Below are positions 44,133-55,637 of a DNA stretch of 64,000 nucleotides, piece by piece. Each line of letters starts with the position of its first letter. Position 1 is the first letter of the stretch. The stretch spans positions 145,591-209,590 of the forward strand of contig CATOSB010000012.1 in the NCBI GenBank assembly GCA_951812305.1, written 5' to 3'. Origin of the DNA: an uncultured Rhodobacteraceae bacterium. GTDB taxonomy: Bacteria > Pseudomonadota > Alphaproteobacteria > Rhodobacterales > Rhodobacteraceae. Under the pieces are notes generated by a model. That model saw only the letters and a program-made list of their open reading frames with translations. It searched no databases and had not been told where the DNA came from. Position numbers and translations under genes: made by a program.

Positions 44133-45380
44133 CTATCCCCATTTCGCGAGCGCGGCGGCCAGTTCGGGGTGTTTTTTGGCGTGGTCATCGAGTTCGACAT
44201 CCAACTCTGCAGCATTCCATGCCTGACGGATGGCACGCACACCCGCGGCTGCACCCATCGGGTGGCCGTGGATGCCGCCGCCGCCGAGATACATCAGATC
44301 GAGTGTACGCCCGGTGCGCCGATAGGTTTCCACAGCCTGGCCACCCCATTGTCCCGAACAGACCACAGGGAGGGCGCGGTCGGTTTCTGTGAATATCGGG
44401 GCGGCCAGATCGTGGAACGACCGGACGAAACTCTCGTCCGGCTCCCAATACTTTGCGCGGATGCCGTTGATCTGGAACTGGTCGACGCCGAGCAGGCGCC
44501 AGATTTTCTGATAGGCACGGAACTCCATGCCGAGGCCGGGATGGCGTGTCAGGATATCCCAGCCGTTGCGATGGGCATGAAGGCAAAGCTTTGAGCGCTT
44601 GCGCAAAAACGACATGCCGCCATAGCCGATGGAGTTGATATTCAGAACGGCAGCATTGCCGCCCGCCTCGACAACCAGGTCATGGTTTCGCATCATCGTG
44701 TCGGGATCGGCGGACGAGATGCCAAAGGCATACATGACCTTCTTGCCGGTCTTCTGCTCGTGATCCTTGATGACAGGCATGATCGCCGCGACCCGGTCGG
44801 CAAGCGAAGAGTAGCCGGGGTTCATCAGCTTTTCATCGTCCTTGATGAAATCGACACCCGCCTCGCACAGTTGGCGAACCACGGCTGCCGTCTCAGACGG
44901 TAACAGACCCAATGAAGGCTTGATGATTGAAGCCAGTATCGGCCCGCTTTCAACGCCGGTCAGACGACGCGAACCGGGAATGCCGAATTGCGGCCCCGGA
45001 TGGCAGGACCAGGCGTCAGGCAATTCGATGTCCATGACCCGAATACCGCTCAAGCCCCGCACCGCATAAACGCCGCCGATTGTGATCGTCATCAACGCCG
45101 CGATGTCGGTGCCCACTGCCTCTAGCGGGTAGGCAATGACAACATCCGCGCGGTGATAGGGACCCGTTCCGTCAGGATCCGGGATTGAGGGGACGGCGGC
45201 ATCTGGCAAATCCGAAATCGCCACGACCCGCGCGGCACAGCGCGCCTGTACTTCCTCTGTCTCACCGGGCAGTTCCGTGAATGTCCCAGTGGACTGATCT
45301 GCCGCGATCTTCGCCGCCAGCGCCGCGATATCCCCGGACGTTTCAAGCCGATAGGTTACCCCGATTTCGTCATTCGACAT
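44133..45380 (-). CDS. oiaX: RuBisCO-like protein (form IV), probable 3-oxo-isoapionate-4-phosphate decarboxylase
   Basis: IIKPSLGL, GVDFIKDDE, GGGIHGHPMG; context apnO/oiaK/lerI/derI; no small subunit or PRK in window. Confidence 0.78.
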   Translation of the reverse strand: MSNDEIGVTYRLETSGDIAALAAKIAADQSTGTFTELPGETEEVQARCAARVVAISDLPDAAVPSIPDPDGTGPYHRADVVIAYPLEAVGTDIAALMTITIGGVYAVRGLSGIRVMDIELPDAWSCHPGPQFGIPGSRRLTGVESGPILASIIKPSLGLLPSETAAVVRQLCEAGVDFIKDDEKLMNPGYSSLADRVAAIMPVIKDHEQKTGKKVMYAFGISSADPDTMMRNHDLVVEAGGNAAVLNINSIGYGGMSFLRKRSKLCLHAHRNGWDILTRHPGLGMEFRAYQKIWRLLGVDQFQINGIRAKYWEPDESFVRSFHDLAAPIFTETDRALPVVCSGQWGGQAVETYRRTGRTLDLMYLGGGGIHGHPMGAAAGVRAIRQAWNAAELDVELDDHAKKHPELAAALAKWG

Positions 45381-45429
45381 CAGATCAGCCCCCGTTCCAT
45401 TTGTGTATCACCGCCATACACCGTGTCAG

Positions 45430-46497
45430 TCATGCCGCGAGTGGTGGCGCCAAGCCGCCGGAAGCATAGCCTTTGGCCATTTCCGACAAGGGTATGGCGG
45501 TGATCTGATGGGCGTGTCCGGCCGCGCCGAACCGTTCGAACCGGTCGCGGCACTGGGCCGCCATCGCCTCTATTCCAGGTGCCAGGTATTTGCGAGGATC
45601 GAACTCTGCCCTGTTCTTGGCCAGCACTTTGCGCACCGCGCTGGTCATGGCGAGGCGCAGGTCGGTGTCGATGTTAACCTTTCGCACCCCGTTCTTGATG
45701 CCGACCTCGATTTCTTCGACCGGCACGCCCCATGTTGGCGCAATCTGGCCGCCATGGGCGTTGATGATGTCCTGTAATTCTTGCGGCACCGACGACGACC
45801 CGTGCATTACCAGATGCGTGTCGGGCAGCCGTTCATGGATGCGTTTGATCGCGTCCATCGCCAGAATGTCGCCATCCGGTTTGCGGGTGAATTTGTAGGC
45901 CCCGTGCGAGGTGCCAATGGCCACCGCAAGCGCGTCGACATTGGTTTGGCGGGCAAACTCCGCCGCTTCATCGGGATCGGTGATCAGTTGATCTCGGCTC
46001 AGCTCGCCCTCAAATCCGTGACCATCCTCTGCCTCGCCTTTCCCAGTCTCAAGAGAACCCAGATGCCCGATTTCACCTTCGACCGAGGCGCCTACCAGAT
46101 GCGCCATCTCGCTGACCTTGGCAGTGACGCCGACATTATAGTCGAAATCTGATGGTGTCTTTCCATCCTCGGTCAGCGAGCCGTCCATCATCACCGACGA
46201 AAACCCGTTCATCAGCGCCGAGAGACAGGTTTGCGGCGAATTGCCGTGATCCTGATGCATGCAAACCGGAATATGAGGATACATTTCAATGGCGGCCCGG
46301 ATCAGGTGCGACAAGGCGATGTCCCCGGCGAAGTTCCGTGCGCCACGGCTGGCCTGCATGATGACTGGGCTATCGGTCGCGTCCGCGGCTTTCATGATCG
46401 CCAGCATCTGTTCGAGATTGTTAACGTTGAACGCCGGCAGGCCATAGGAATGCTCGGCGGCGTGGTCGAGCAATTGGCGCAGGGATATCAAAGCCAT
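45430..46497 (-). CDS. fba: Class II fructose-bisphosphate aldolase (CbbA subtype)
   Basis: [42 protein letters not shown]. Confidence 0.93.
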   Translation of the reverse strand: MALISLRQLLDHAAEHSYGLPAFNVNNLEQMLAIMKAADATDSPVIMQASRGARNFAGDIALSHLIRAAIEMYPHIPVCMHQDHGNSPQTCLSALMNGFSSVMMDGSLTEDGKTPSDFDYNVGVTAKVSEMAHLVGASVEGEIGHLGSLETGKGEAEDGHGFEGELSRDQLITDPDEAAEFARQTNVDALAVAIGTSHGAYKFTRKPDGDILAMDAIKRIHERLPDTHLVMHGSSSVPQELQDIINAHGGQIAPTWGVPVEEIEVGIKNGVRKVNIDTDLRLAMTSAVRKVLAKNRAEFDPRKYLAPGIEAMAAQCRDRFERFGAAGHAHQITAIPLSEMAKGYASGGLAPPLAA

Positions 46498-46546
46498 GTG
46501 TGGCAACTCCTGAATAGGCGCGGGCGTTTGCGCCCGCGAATGGGGT

Positions 46547-47565
46547 TCATGTGTCGGACGCGTCAGCGTGATATTGTTCGAGAACCTCAACTTCGGATTT
46601 CGAACCCAGTATCACCGGCACGCGCTGGTGATGCGAGGTCGGTTGTACGTCGAGGATGCGCCCGGTGCCGGTCGATGCCCGCCCTCCCGCCTGTTCGGCG
46701 ATAAAGGCCATCGGATTGGCCTCGTACATCAGACGCAGCTTGCCGCCCATTTCACGGTTACCCGCATCGGCGGGGTACATAAATACGCCACCGCGGGTCA
46801 GGATGCGATGCACCTCTGCCACATAGAGGCGACCCAGCGCATGTTGAATTCTTTGCCGCGGGGGCCGTCTTTACCTTGCAGGCATTCATCGTAATAGCGC
46901 CGGATCGGCGCATCCCAAAGCTGGTAGCGGGACGCGTTGATAGCGAATTCGCCGGTGTCTTCGGTGATGGTCATATTCTGGCTGGTCAGGCGAAACTCTC
47001 CGGTCCCGCGTTGGTGGGTGAAACCGTTCACGCCGTTGCCCGTGGTTAGCACCAGCCCGGTGGATGGCCCGTAAAGCGAATAGCCTGCGCAGATCTGTTC
47101 GACGCCGGGGCGCAGCACCGAAGCGTCATCGCCCGCATCAATTGCCGCAGTGAGGCGGGCAATCGAGAAAATCGAGCCGACCGTCATGTTCAAAGGCAGG
47201 TTCGACGACCCGTCAAGCGGGTCGAAATAGACCAGATAGTCGCCCGCCGCTGGCTTGTCCTTCAGCCAGTAGACCTCCTCGACCTCTTCGGAGACCAGCG
47301 CCGCGACGGCCTTGCAGTTCGAGCAATGGCGCACGAAGACCTCGTTGGCCAGAACGTCCAGTTCTTTCTGCTCCTCGCCCTGCACATTTGTAGATCCCGC
47401 CGCACCAAGATTGCCTGCGAAGGGTCCGTTGCGCACCAGGTGAGAGATTATGCGGCAGGAGCTGGCGATGTCTTCCAAAAGGAAGATCAGATCCTTGTCC
47501 AAATCCTCGCCACGATGAGTGGCCAGCAGAAACTGGCGCAGGGTGATCTGGGTTTCACTGGTCAT
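46547..47565 (-). pseudogene. fbp: Class 1 fructose-1,6-bisphosphatase with 1-bp deletion frameshift
   Basis: NVQGEEQKELD, FDPLDGSSN; RWVASM|VAEVHRIL split near 46822; [11 protein letters not shown] in the second frame. Confidence 0.87.
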
Positions 47566-47761
47566 AGGTAGAAACGCGGCCTTCGCTGTTCTTGGTGCGC
47601 CGGGAATGCGAGCGGCACATGGTGTGTTTGCAATCGGGCTCCGGACGGGTCCGTTTCACGAGTGCTGTTTGTCTTTTGCCACCGGTCGCCGCCCGATTTT
47701 GGAGTGATGCCGGTGGTCTTCACTACGCATATTTTAATGCATACGTTAACCCGTCAAATTG

Positions 47762-50388
47762 TCACGTCTTCTTGCTTCCGCCGCCGTCCCTGACCCATCC
47801 GAAGTAATCCGGTGTGCCCATTTGCCCGCCCTTAAGGGCCAGTTCGAGACCATCGACCGGCCCCTCGCTGTGGGCGCGGAAGATCGAGGCGCCGGGGTTC
47901 GTCGGTGCAAGCGCGGACAGGGCGTAGATGCCAAGTTGCTGTGTCGCAAAGCCGGACGTGTCACCACCGGAGACGATTGCGCGGGTCGTTCCGGTCTGAT
48001 CGAGAACGCGCTGCAGGACGCGGCCCAGGGCCTCGCCGACGGTCCGATTCGCGGCCGACATGTCCATGCCGTTTGCGTCCACCGCTTCCCGGAACCGCGC
48101 AACCGCCGGGTCGTCAGGCCCCTCTGCCGTGTGGACCAGCGGGTCGCGCCCTTGCGAGAGCGCCTGCAAGGCTGCCTCGGTTGCGCGCCCGATTTCCGCG
48201 TCAACTTCGCCCGGTCCGCCAGTCACGCGGGTTGCATCAAATGAAATGCAGGAAAACCCGTTCTCCTTTGACCATTTGATCTGGGCCGCTGTCGTGGGTG
48301 AGACGGAGCCGGAGACACTCATCATGCTCGCAGATCGTCCAATCCCTTGCGCAGGCTCCGGCTGTTCCAACAGTCCCGCTTTTTGCCAGTGTTCAACAAG
48401 CGCATATTCGATGCCTTGCGAACCGACGACAAAACGGCATCGCTCTCGCGCGTCCCAGATCAGTTGACCGGCGCGGGCGTCTGTTTCCGCGTTGATGCCA
48501 TCGATTGCCACCACCGAAATGCGATCATTACTTGCCGGTGCGTCGGGCAATTTGGCTTCACCACTGGCAAGCGACGTGAATGGCAAATACTGCCCGTCCA
48601 ACCGATCGGATTGTTTGCAGATGTGGCGCGCAACGTCGGATTCCGTCATTGGCGTCACTGGATGGCGCGACATGACAGGATGGCGATCCAGTCGCACGAC
48701 GTCATCGCCAACCCCTGCAAACAGATGTCCAAAGCACTGGTAACGTTGCATGCAAGGCGCGGCGATCTGAACCGGAACGACCTGCGTTCCAAAACACTTG
48801 GCCCCGATTTCAATCGCCCGCCCAATGGAGCCGGTATCGGGCGATGAATCCAGTGTGGAGCAGGTTTTGTAATGCGCGAGCCCGGGATTAAGCGCGGCCA
48901 GACCCGCAAAGACGGATGGAAGATGTGCATCCATCCATTCGGGCGCTTACCACCCTTCAAAATTTCCGGATCTGATTTGACGTTTGTCTGATCTGTGTGA
49001 TTCAAGGAGTCTCCACTGCTGATATTGGAGGCTGGTTTGTTGGGAAATGTTTGTTTTTCAGAGCTTTATTCGAAGGTTGAGGCGGATTTTCAGGACCGCT
49101 TGCTCGGGTATCACAAGTCGCGCCGGGAGGGATTGTGCATCATAGCAAGCGTGATTTTGAACACGCGCAGCGTCAATCTGATGGAAAATGCGGCTGCTCT
49201 GCCCCGCGATATCGGCTCTGTGGACCACCGCTATCAATACATTTCGCGGGTTCTGGGCAATCCTCACATCGATACTGATGAGATCATGCAGGCCTATGTT
49301 GGTGAAATTTTCCGCCGCCAGTGTGAGGCCGGAGAAACGATTGTGGTGGCCCTTGATCAAAGCAAGCTCAACGAAGGGCATGAGGTTTTGATGTTATCGG
49401 TGCGGATGCGGGATCGGGCCCTCCCGGTCGCCTGGCGTGTACGCCAGACCAAAGGGCCGATTGGATGGCGCGTGCAACATGAGCTTTTGGAAGCAGTCCG
49501 CCCATGGCTCCCGGCGGATGCGCGTGTGTTGCTGGCGGGAGATCGGTTTTATGGAACCGCCCGATTGGTCGCATGGTGCCAGGAGGCTGGATGGGACTAC
49601 CGGCTGCGCATGAAGGGAAATATCACACTGCAACATCAGGGTGGCGAGATGATGACGCGCGAAATTGCCCAACTGATGCCCGAAGGGCTTGTAAACGCTG
49701 AGCTTTACGGAACGGGCGTCTTTAGCAACATTGGAGTGCTTCACGAAGAGGGGCACAAAGAGCCTTGGATTATTGCCATGAATGCAGCACCGTCCGAGTA
49801 CAAGGTGCTCGATTATGGAATGCGTTGGGGAATTGAAGCCATGTTCTCCGACTTCAAAACCCGGGGCTTTGAAATTACTCAAAGCCAGATCAAAAAGCCG
49901 GATCGATTGGCCCGCCTCATTTTGGTGCTGGCAATCGCCATGTACTGGGCTGTTTCAACCGGAGCAAACGAAGAGCACCACGTCGCAATACGCGGCGAAA
50001 AAAGGGGATTCGAAAAGCCCGAAGGTCCTTATGCTCTCTCTTCAAGACAGGCCTTCGTGCTATCCGACGATGCCTCGCAGGTTATGCCAAAATCCCCAAG
50101 CTCTGGGATGTCTGGCTAAATTGAAGGGTGGTAAGATTCGGGCGACTTGGTTCGCGACGTCGACGCGATTCCAATCCCACGCAGATTCGGAAACCGCTGA
50201 AGCTGTTCCAATGTAGGAAGGTCGAGAAACAGCTGGGAAGGCAGCCCGGCGAACGTGAGCACCTCCAATGTCGCGGCAGCGCCAGTAAAGTCGTCCCCAT
50301 ACCACGCGATCAGAACGTCTTCGCCGCCCACGGCTTTGCCCGGATTCGCTGCTTTGGCGGCTCTATTCCTCACGTTTTCACTTGACAT
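47762..50388 (-). pseudogene. oiaK: Four-carbon acid sugar kinase family (3-oxo-isoapionate kinase) interrupted by IS4-like copy 4
   Basis: WYGDDFTGA, HYKTCSTLDSS, SGGDTSG, LKGGQMG motifs; halves 50136-50388 and 47762-48945. Confidence 0.85.
48946..50135 (+). mobile_element. IS4-like element, copy 4
   Basis: IRs and 9-bp TSD ATTCGGGCG. Confidence 0.94.
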
Positions 50389-50425
50389 GCTTATCTAATT
50401 AGTACCTGATCATACCAGTTGTCAA
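50382..50425. promoter_or_regulatory. Divergent oiaK/apnO promoter region with candidate GntR/FadR operator
   Basis: TTGACA on both strands (50382-50387 and 50420-50425); ATCATACCAGTT 50409-50420 repeated exactly at 52430-52441. Confidence 0.55.
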
Positions 50426-50470
50426 TCAAGCGCGCCGCTTAAGGCGGCCAATAGACGCGGGGGATACCAC

Positions 50471-51301
50471 GTGAACAAACTAGCGTTGTTCGGGGCAGGC
50501 GGAAAGATGGGTATGCGCCTTGGCACAAACCTCGCCAAGAACTCTGAATTCGAAACCATGCATGTCGAGGTTTCCGAAGACGGCCAGCGCCGCGTACGCG
50601 AGGCGTTCGGCGTTGATTGTGTCGACCCCGGCGCGGCTCTTGAGGGTGCAGATGTCATCGTATTGGCTGTCCCCGACACCGTGATCGGTAAGGTCGCAAC
50701 CGGCATCATCGACCAAATAAAACCCGGCGCGATGCTGTTTTGTCTCGACGGGGCCGCGCCTTTTGCCGGGCACCTGCCCGAACGGGATGATGTCACGTAC
50801 TTCGTGTCCCACCCCTGCCATCCGCCGATCTGGAACGACGAAACTGAAATGGATGCAAAGCTGGATTACTTCGGAGGCATTGCCGCCAAACAAGGCATTG
50901 TGAACGTTCTGGTACAGGGACCAGAGAGCGATTATGCGCTGGGAGAAGCCGTCGGCAAAGCAATCTATGCCCCGGTTGTGCGTTCGCACCGCGTGACCCT
51001 GCACCAGTTTGCTCTTTTGGAGCCCGGCTTGTCGGAAACCGTCAACGGATCGCTGATGAAAGTTTTGCGCGAAGCTATGGACGAAGTCGTCAAGAAGGGC
51101 GTGTCCTACGAATGCGCCAAGGACTTTTTGCTGGGACACATGAACATCATGGGCGCCGTTATCTTCGACGAGCATAAAGGTGTTTTTTCGGATGCCGCCA
51201 ACAAGGCGATTGAATTCGGCGTCCCTGTTCTGATGCGTGACGACTGGAAAAGAGTATTCGACGACGACGAGATTGCGGCAAGCGTAGACCGGATAACGTA
51301 G
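50471..51301 (+). CDS. apnO: D-apionate oxidoisomerase
   Basis: GAGGKMG, LAVPD, HPCHPP, LLEPGLSET, DFLLGH, FSDAANKA; neighbourhood fits. Confidence 0.8.
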   Translation: MNKLALFGAGGKMGMRLGTNLAKNSEFETMHVEVSEDGQRRVREAFGVDCVDPGAALEGADVIVLAVPDTVIGKVATGIIDQIKPGAMLFCLDGAAPFAGHLPERDDVTYFVSHPCHPPIWNDETEMDAKLDYFGGIAAKQGIVNVLVQGPESDYALGEAVGKAIYAPVVRSHRVTLHQFALLEPGLSETVNGSLMKVLREAMDEVVKKGVSYECAKDFLLGHMNIMGAVIFDEHKGVFSDAANKAIEFGVPVLMRDDWKRVFDDDEIAASVDRIT

Positions 51302-51499
51302 CGAGGGACGCTCGTACAAGTTGGTGAGCATGGGCCTTCTCCCGGCACATGCTCACCAGCATCCAAAAGGCTAAGCTAACCTGATTAATAGTGACGTGGT
51401 GACTAAATTCTTTTGAAACACGGGATAACGCGGCGAAACATGTTTGCTTGTTGTACCAGTTGAATACCTCTAACGTTCCATTCGGATGCAGGAGGTAAC

Positions 51500-52237
51500 A
51501 TGGCCAATAACTCATCTGATGACGTTGATTTTCGGGCGGCGCCTATAACCCGGTTGAAACTCTCGGACCAGGTCTATGATCGGATGTGGGAGATGATTGT
51601 CTCAGGAGAACTTGCGTCCGGCGATTCAATTCCTTCTGAACGAGTTTTGATGGAGAAGTTTGGCGTCGGGCGTCCGGCCGTTCGGGAGGCACTGCAAGCG
51701 CTGGCCAATAAAGGTGTCATCACAATTTCACAGGGTGAGCGCAGCCGGGTGAATGAGCTAACTGCAACGATTGCCTTGGATCAGGTCGACGAAATAGCAA
51801 AGCTGCTGCTTTCTGCTGAACCCTCAAATCTGGAACACCTCAAGCAGGTTCGAAAGATCCTAGAGGCGGGTACAGTGCGAATCGCCGCGGAGAATTCCAC
51901 CGATGATGACGTTCAAAGGCTGCGAGAGATAATCGAGGTTCAGCGCGGCCAAGTGAAAGACTCCAAAGGATTCATCCAGGCAGACATCGATTTTCATGTA
52001 ACAATCGCCCGGATGACCAAGAACCCGCTTCTGCAGTCCGTCACCCATGCGATGCTGACTTGGCTTTTCGAATATTATACACCGTTGCTGCACTGGTCTG
52101 GCCGGGAAAAGACTACGCTGTTGGAACATGAAAAGCTTGTCGATCACCTTGCTGCCCATGATTCCGACAGTGCGGCGAGCCTGATGCGGGACCATCTCGG
52201 ACGATCTGACCCGCTTTACACAAACCAATCTGCCTGA
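51500..52237 (+). CDS. GntR/FadR-family regulator
   Basis: PSER.LM..FGVGRPAVREAL wHTH and FCD domain (D..FH). Confidence 0.92.
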   Translation: MANNSSDDVDFRAAPITRLKLSDQVYDRMWEMIVSGELASGDSIPSERVLMEKFGVGRPAVREALQALANKGVITISQGERSRVNELTATIALDQVDEIAKLLLSAEPSNLEHLKQVRKILEAGTVRIAAENSTDDDVQRLREIIEVQRGQVKDSKGFIQADIDFHVTIARMTKNPLLQSVTHAMLTWLFEYYTPLLHWSGREKTTLLEHEKLVDHLAAHDSDSAASLMRDHLGRSDPLYTNQSA

Positions 52238-52402
52238 ACTAAATCGCGGCCATAGCTGCCCGAGCGCCTAGGCAAGGAAACGGTAAGTCGCGTTTCTGGC
52301 CTTCTCACGCGTGCAAACCACATCACATGACAACCATAAAGTGTTGGAGGGAGAAAACGTTTTCCTACCCTTAACTTTTTCTCGTCCGCTCTTAACTTTA
52401 TC

Positions 52403-52441
52403 TTGACATGATTACATGATTAGCATCTTATCATACCAGTT
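52403..52441 (+). promoter_or_regulatory. Candidate TRAP-operon promoter with operator
   Basis: TTGACA 52403-52408 and ATCATACCAGTT 52430-52441. Confidence 0.5.
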
Positions 52442-52688
52442 ATCCAGATGGGATCAATCCGCCCTGACCACTGGTTGCAGCTGACCGCTCAAAATGCCCG
52501 AAGAGGCAGCGGCAAAACAGCAGCGCAATCCAATTGCAGAGCCGAACCCAATCTGGGGCAAACCACAGGGTGTTCCTGACGCGTCTCTGACGCCGACGGC
52601 ACGCCAAACTGCAACGCTTTCGTGTTCACGCGGGCGTTGTGCGGCCAATTCTTTGGCCGATCCACTGGGAGTGAAATGGGAGGACCTC

Positions 52689-54880
52689 ATGCTCAATAAA
52701 GTCACTAATACCAAGGGTGCTTCAAAATGACTCAGCTATGGATTTTGGGTACCGCCTGAGGTGCTGAGGTGATTCAAGATTGGCAAAGGAGACCACCGAT
52801 GCCAGCCAGGATACCGATGCGAGCCGATTTTACCGCCAATGATCTGCGCAAGCTTGCCGCAGAGAGTTCTGATGCCCGGCAGAGCCGACGGCTTTTGTCG
52901 CTTGCCGCTATCGCCGATGGCATGTCGCGTGGGGCTGCGGCCCGCATTGGCGGGATGGACCGGCAAACGCTCAGGGACTGGGTGCTCCGTTTCAACGCTG
53001 ATGGTCCAGCGGGGCTGCTGGATCGGCAGCGAGGAGGCTCGCGATCCCGCCTTGACAATGCGCAACTGGATGAACTGGCGGCTCTTGTCGAGACCGGTCC
53101 TGATCCTGAAAAGGACGGTGTCGTCCGCTGGCGGCGGGTCGATTTGAAGAATGTGATCAAGGCGCGTTTTGGCGTCGACTATCACGAGCGCCATGTGGGG
53201 CAGATTCTGCACAATCTGGGCTTTTCCCACATCAGCGCACGCCCTCAGCACCCGGGGCAGGACGTGCAGGTCATTGAGGATTTCAAAAAAACTTCGGCGA
53301 CAATCTGAAGGAGACGCTTCAGGGGGTGCCGCCGGACAAACCCGTCGAAATCTGGTTCCAGGACGAGATGCGTCTCGGTCAGAAGAACACCCGCGTCCGC
53401 CAGTGGGCACGCAAGGGCACACGGCCCCGCCAGCCCGCCGATCAGCGTTACCAAAATGCGTATCTTTTTGGCGCCATCTGCCCCGAACGCGGCACCGGCG
53501 CGGCGATCATGATGCCAGCAGCCGACACCTATGCGATGCAGCGCCACCTGGAAGAAATCAGCAAAATTGTCTCCGATGGCGCCCACGCCGTCATCCTCAT
53601 GGACCAAGCCGGCTGGCACACGACATCCGCTCTGGAAATCCCGCAAAACCTGTCGCTCATGTTTCTGCCGCCCAAATCACCAGAGCTGAATCCAACCGAA
53701 AACATTTGGCAATATCTCCGCCAGACATGGCTCGCAAACCGGACGTTCGACACATATGACGCGATTCTCGACGCGGGGTGCGAGGCCTGGAACAACCTCA
53801 TCGCAAGACCGCAAACCATCACATCCATCGCAAGCCGCAACTGGGCGAAAGTCGGTCAGATTGAATAACCCTTGGTATAAATCCATCTTGACGGGTGCCG
53901 CGGTCGTTGCGCTGAGCAGCGCGGCAGTATCCGCACAAACGACCCTGCGTATTCAGACGCACTCGGGTCAGTCGTCGCCCTACGGCGTCGCGATCCAACA
54001 GTTCGTCGACAACGTTGCCACCATGTCGGGTGGTGACCTGACCATCGAAGCGTTCTACGGTTCGTCTGTTGTACCTTCGGCTGAAACATTCGACGCCGCC
54101 AAGAACGGCATCCTCGACTGCGACATGACCAACGGTTCCTACCAGACCGGTAAGAATGCTGCGTTCCAGTTCGTCGCCGACACTATGGGCGGCTACGACA
54201 CACCACTGCAGTTCCAAGCATGGGTTCAGGCTGGCGGCGGAAGCGATGCGATCAACGAGCTTTATGCATCGCACAACCTGACCTTCATCGGCGCCCATGT
54301 CGGCGGTCAGGAATCGCTGAACTCGACACGTCCGATTGCGGGTGTTGCGGATCTGGAAGGCTTCAAGTTCCGTTCGCCTCCGGGCATGGAATCCGACATC
54401 TTCGCCGCACTGGGCGCCTCGCCCATCGTGATGGACTTTACCGAAGTTATCACAGCACTGGAATCGGGCATCATCGACGGTGCTGACGCATCGACGCTGG
54501 GAACCAACCTGAACATCGGTGTCTATGACGTCGCCAAGCACACGACGTTCCCGGGCTTCCATTCGATGTCCTCGGACCACCTGGCTTGCCGGACTAACGT
54601 CTGGGAAGGACTTACCGATCAGCAACGTCGCATCATCGAAGTCGCACACACACAGGTCGCGATGGATGTCATGATCGCAACGCTGGTTCTGAACGGTGAA
54701 GCACTGGCACAAATGCCCGACAAAGGCGTGACAACCTACAACTGGTCGAACGAAGACCGGGCCGCATTCCGTGCAGCCGCGCAAGGCGTGTGGGCTGAAT
54801 GGGCGACAAAGACCCCCGAGGCCGGCGCAATGGTTGCCAGTCACGAGGCGTTCCTGAAGCGCATCGGCCTGGCCGAATAA
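52689..54880 (+). pseudogene. dctP: TRAP solute-binding protein interrupted after codon 6 by IS630-B
   Basis: Removing the IS plus TAA restores MLNKVTKSILTGAAVVALSSAAVSA signal peptide; DLEGFKFRSPPG, ALESGIIDG. Confidence 0.88.
52709..53877 (+). mobile_element. IS630-family element type B, copy 3
   Basis: 1169 bp; TAA duplicated. Confidence 0.94.
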
Positions 54881-54904
54881 ACTGCGTTTGTGAAGAGACT
54901 TGAT

Positions 54905-54928
54905 CGCCGGCGCCAAGCTGCGCCGGCG
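54905..54928 (+). terminator. GC-rich hairpin after dctP (stabiliser or attenuator)
   Basis: CGCCGGCGC-CAAGCT-GCGCCGGCG. Confidence 0.5.
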
Positions 54929-54984
54929 GCTATTCTACAGCCAATTTCAGCTGAAAGTGGTGTTCGAAACATAGGGAGGAACCA

Positions 54985-55605
54985 ATGGTCGAGCATGAAA
55001 GAACCGGTCCGCTGGACCTGATCACCTGGGGCATCAGCCGGATCACGATGTGGCTACCTGTCTTCATCGTGTCGATCATCTTCTTCGAAGTGCTGCTTCG
55101 GTATGTTTTTCAATCACCGACGCTTTGGGTGAACGAAACATCCCTTTGGGTCGCTGGCGCGGTCTACATGACGGCTGGGCTCTACTCGATGCAGCAACGC
55201 AGCCATATCCGGATATTCATTCTCTACGATCTGACACCAATGTGGATGCGCCGCCTGTTCGATATCTTGTCGACCATTTGCGTCTGCATCTTCGCATTTG
55301 CGGTGATCTGGGGATCGTTCGACGACGCCGTCACCAAGTTCATGACCTGGGAACGCTTCGGAACCAAATTTGACCCGCCGATCCCGGCGACGCTTTATCC
55401 GCTGATTCTTATCACCATGTTTCTGCTGGCGATCCAGGCAATTTCGAACCTGATCTATGACTGGAACACGGATCAGGGTGAGCGCCAGTATGTCGAGGAC
55501 CTTGACGATCTGCTGGAAGAAGTGGGCGCTGATCACCTTGATGCCCGCCCGGCGGGAGAAGCAAACGATCATCCGGACATCGAAAATACCGACACCAAAA
55601 AATAA
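54985..55605 (+). CDS. dctQ: TRAP small permease
   Basis: Four TM helices; EVLLRYVF.SPTLWVNE, HIRI. Confidence 0.9.
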   Translation: MVEHERTGPLDLITWGISRITMWLPVFIVSIIFFEVLLRYVFQSPTLWVNETSLWVAGAVYMTAGLYSMQQRSHIRIFILYDLTPMWMRRLFDILSTICVCIFAFAVIWGSFDDAVTKFMTWERFGTKFDPPIPATLYPLILITMFLLAIQAISNLIYDWNTDQGERQYVEDLDDLLEEVGADHLDARPAGEANDHPDIENTDTKK

Positions 55606-55637
55606 CCAAAATATATCTGCCGAGGGAAGAAACGACT

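Noticed and set aside
39623-47565. Calvin-cycle (cbb) operon suggested by RuBisCO-like, fbp, fba and tkt genes
   Set aside because: The protein is a form IV RLP, no PRK or small subunit is present, and the apnO/oiaK context explains it
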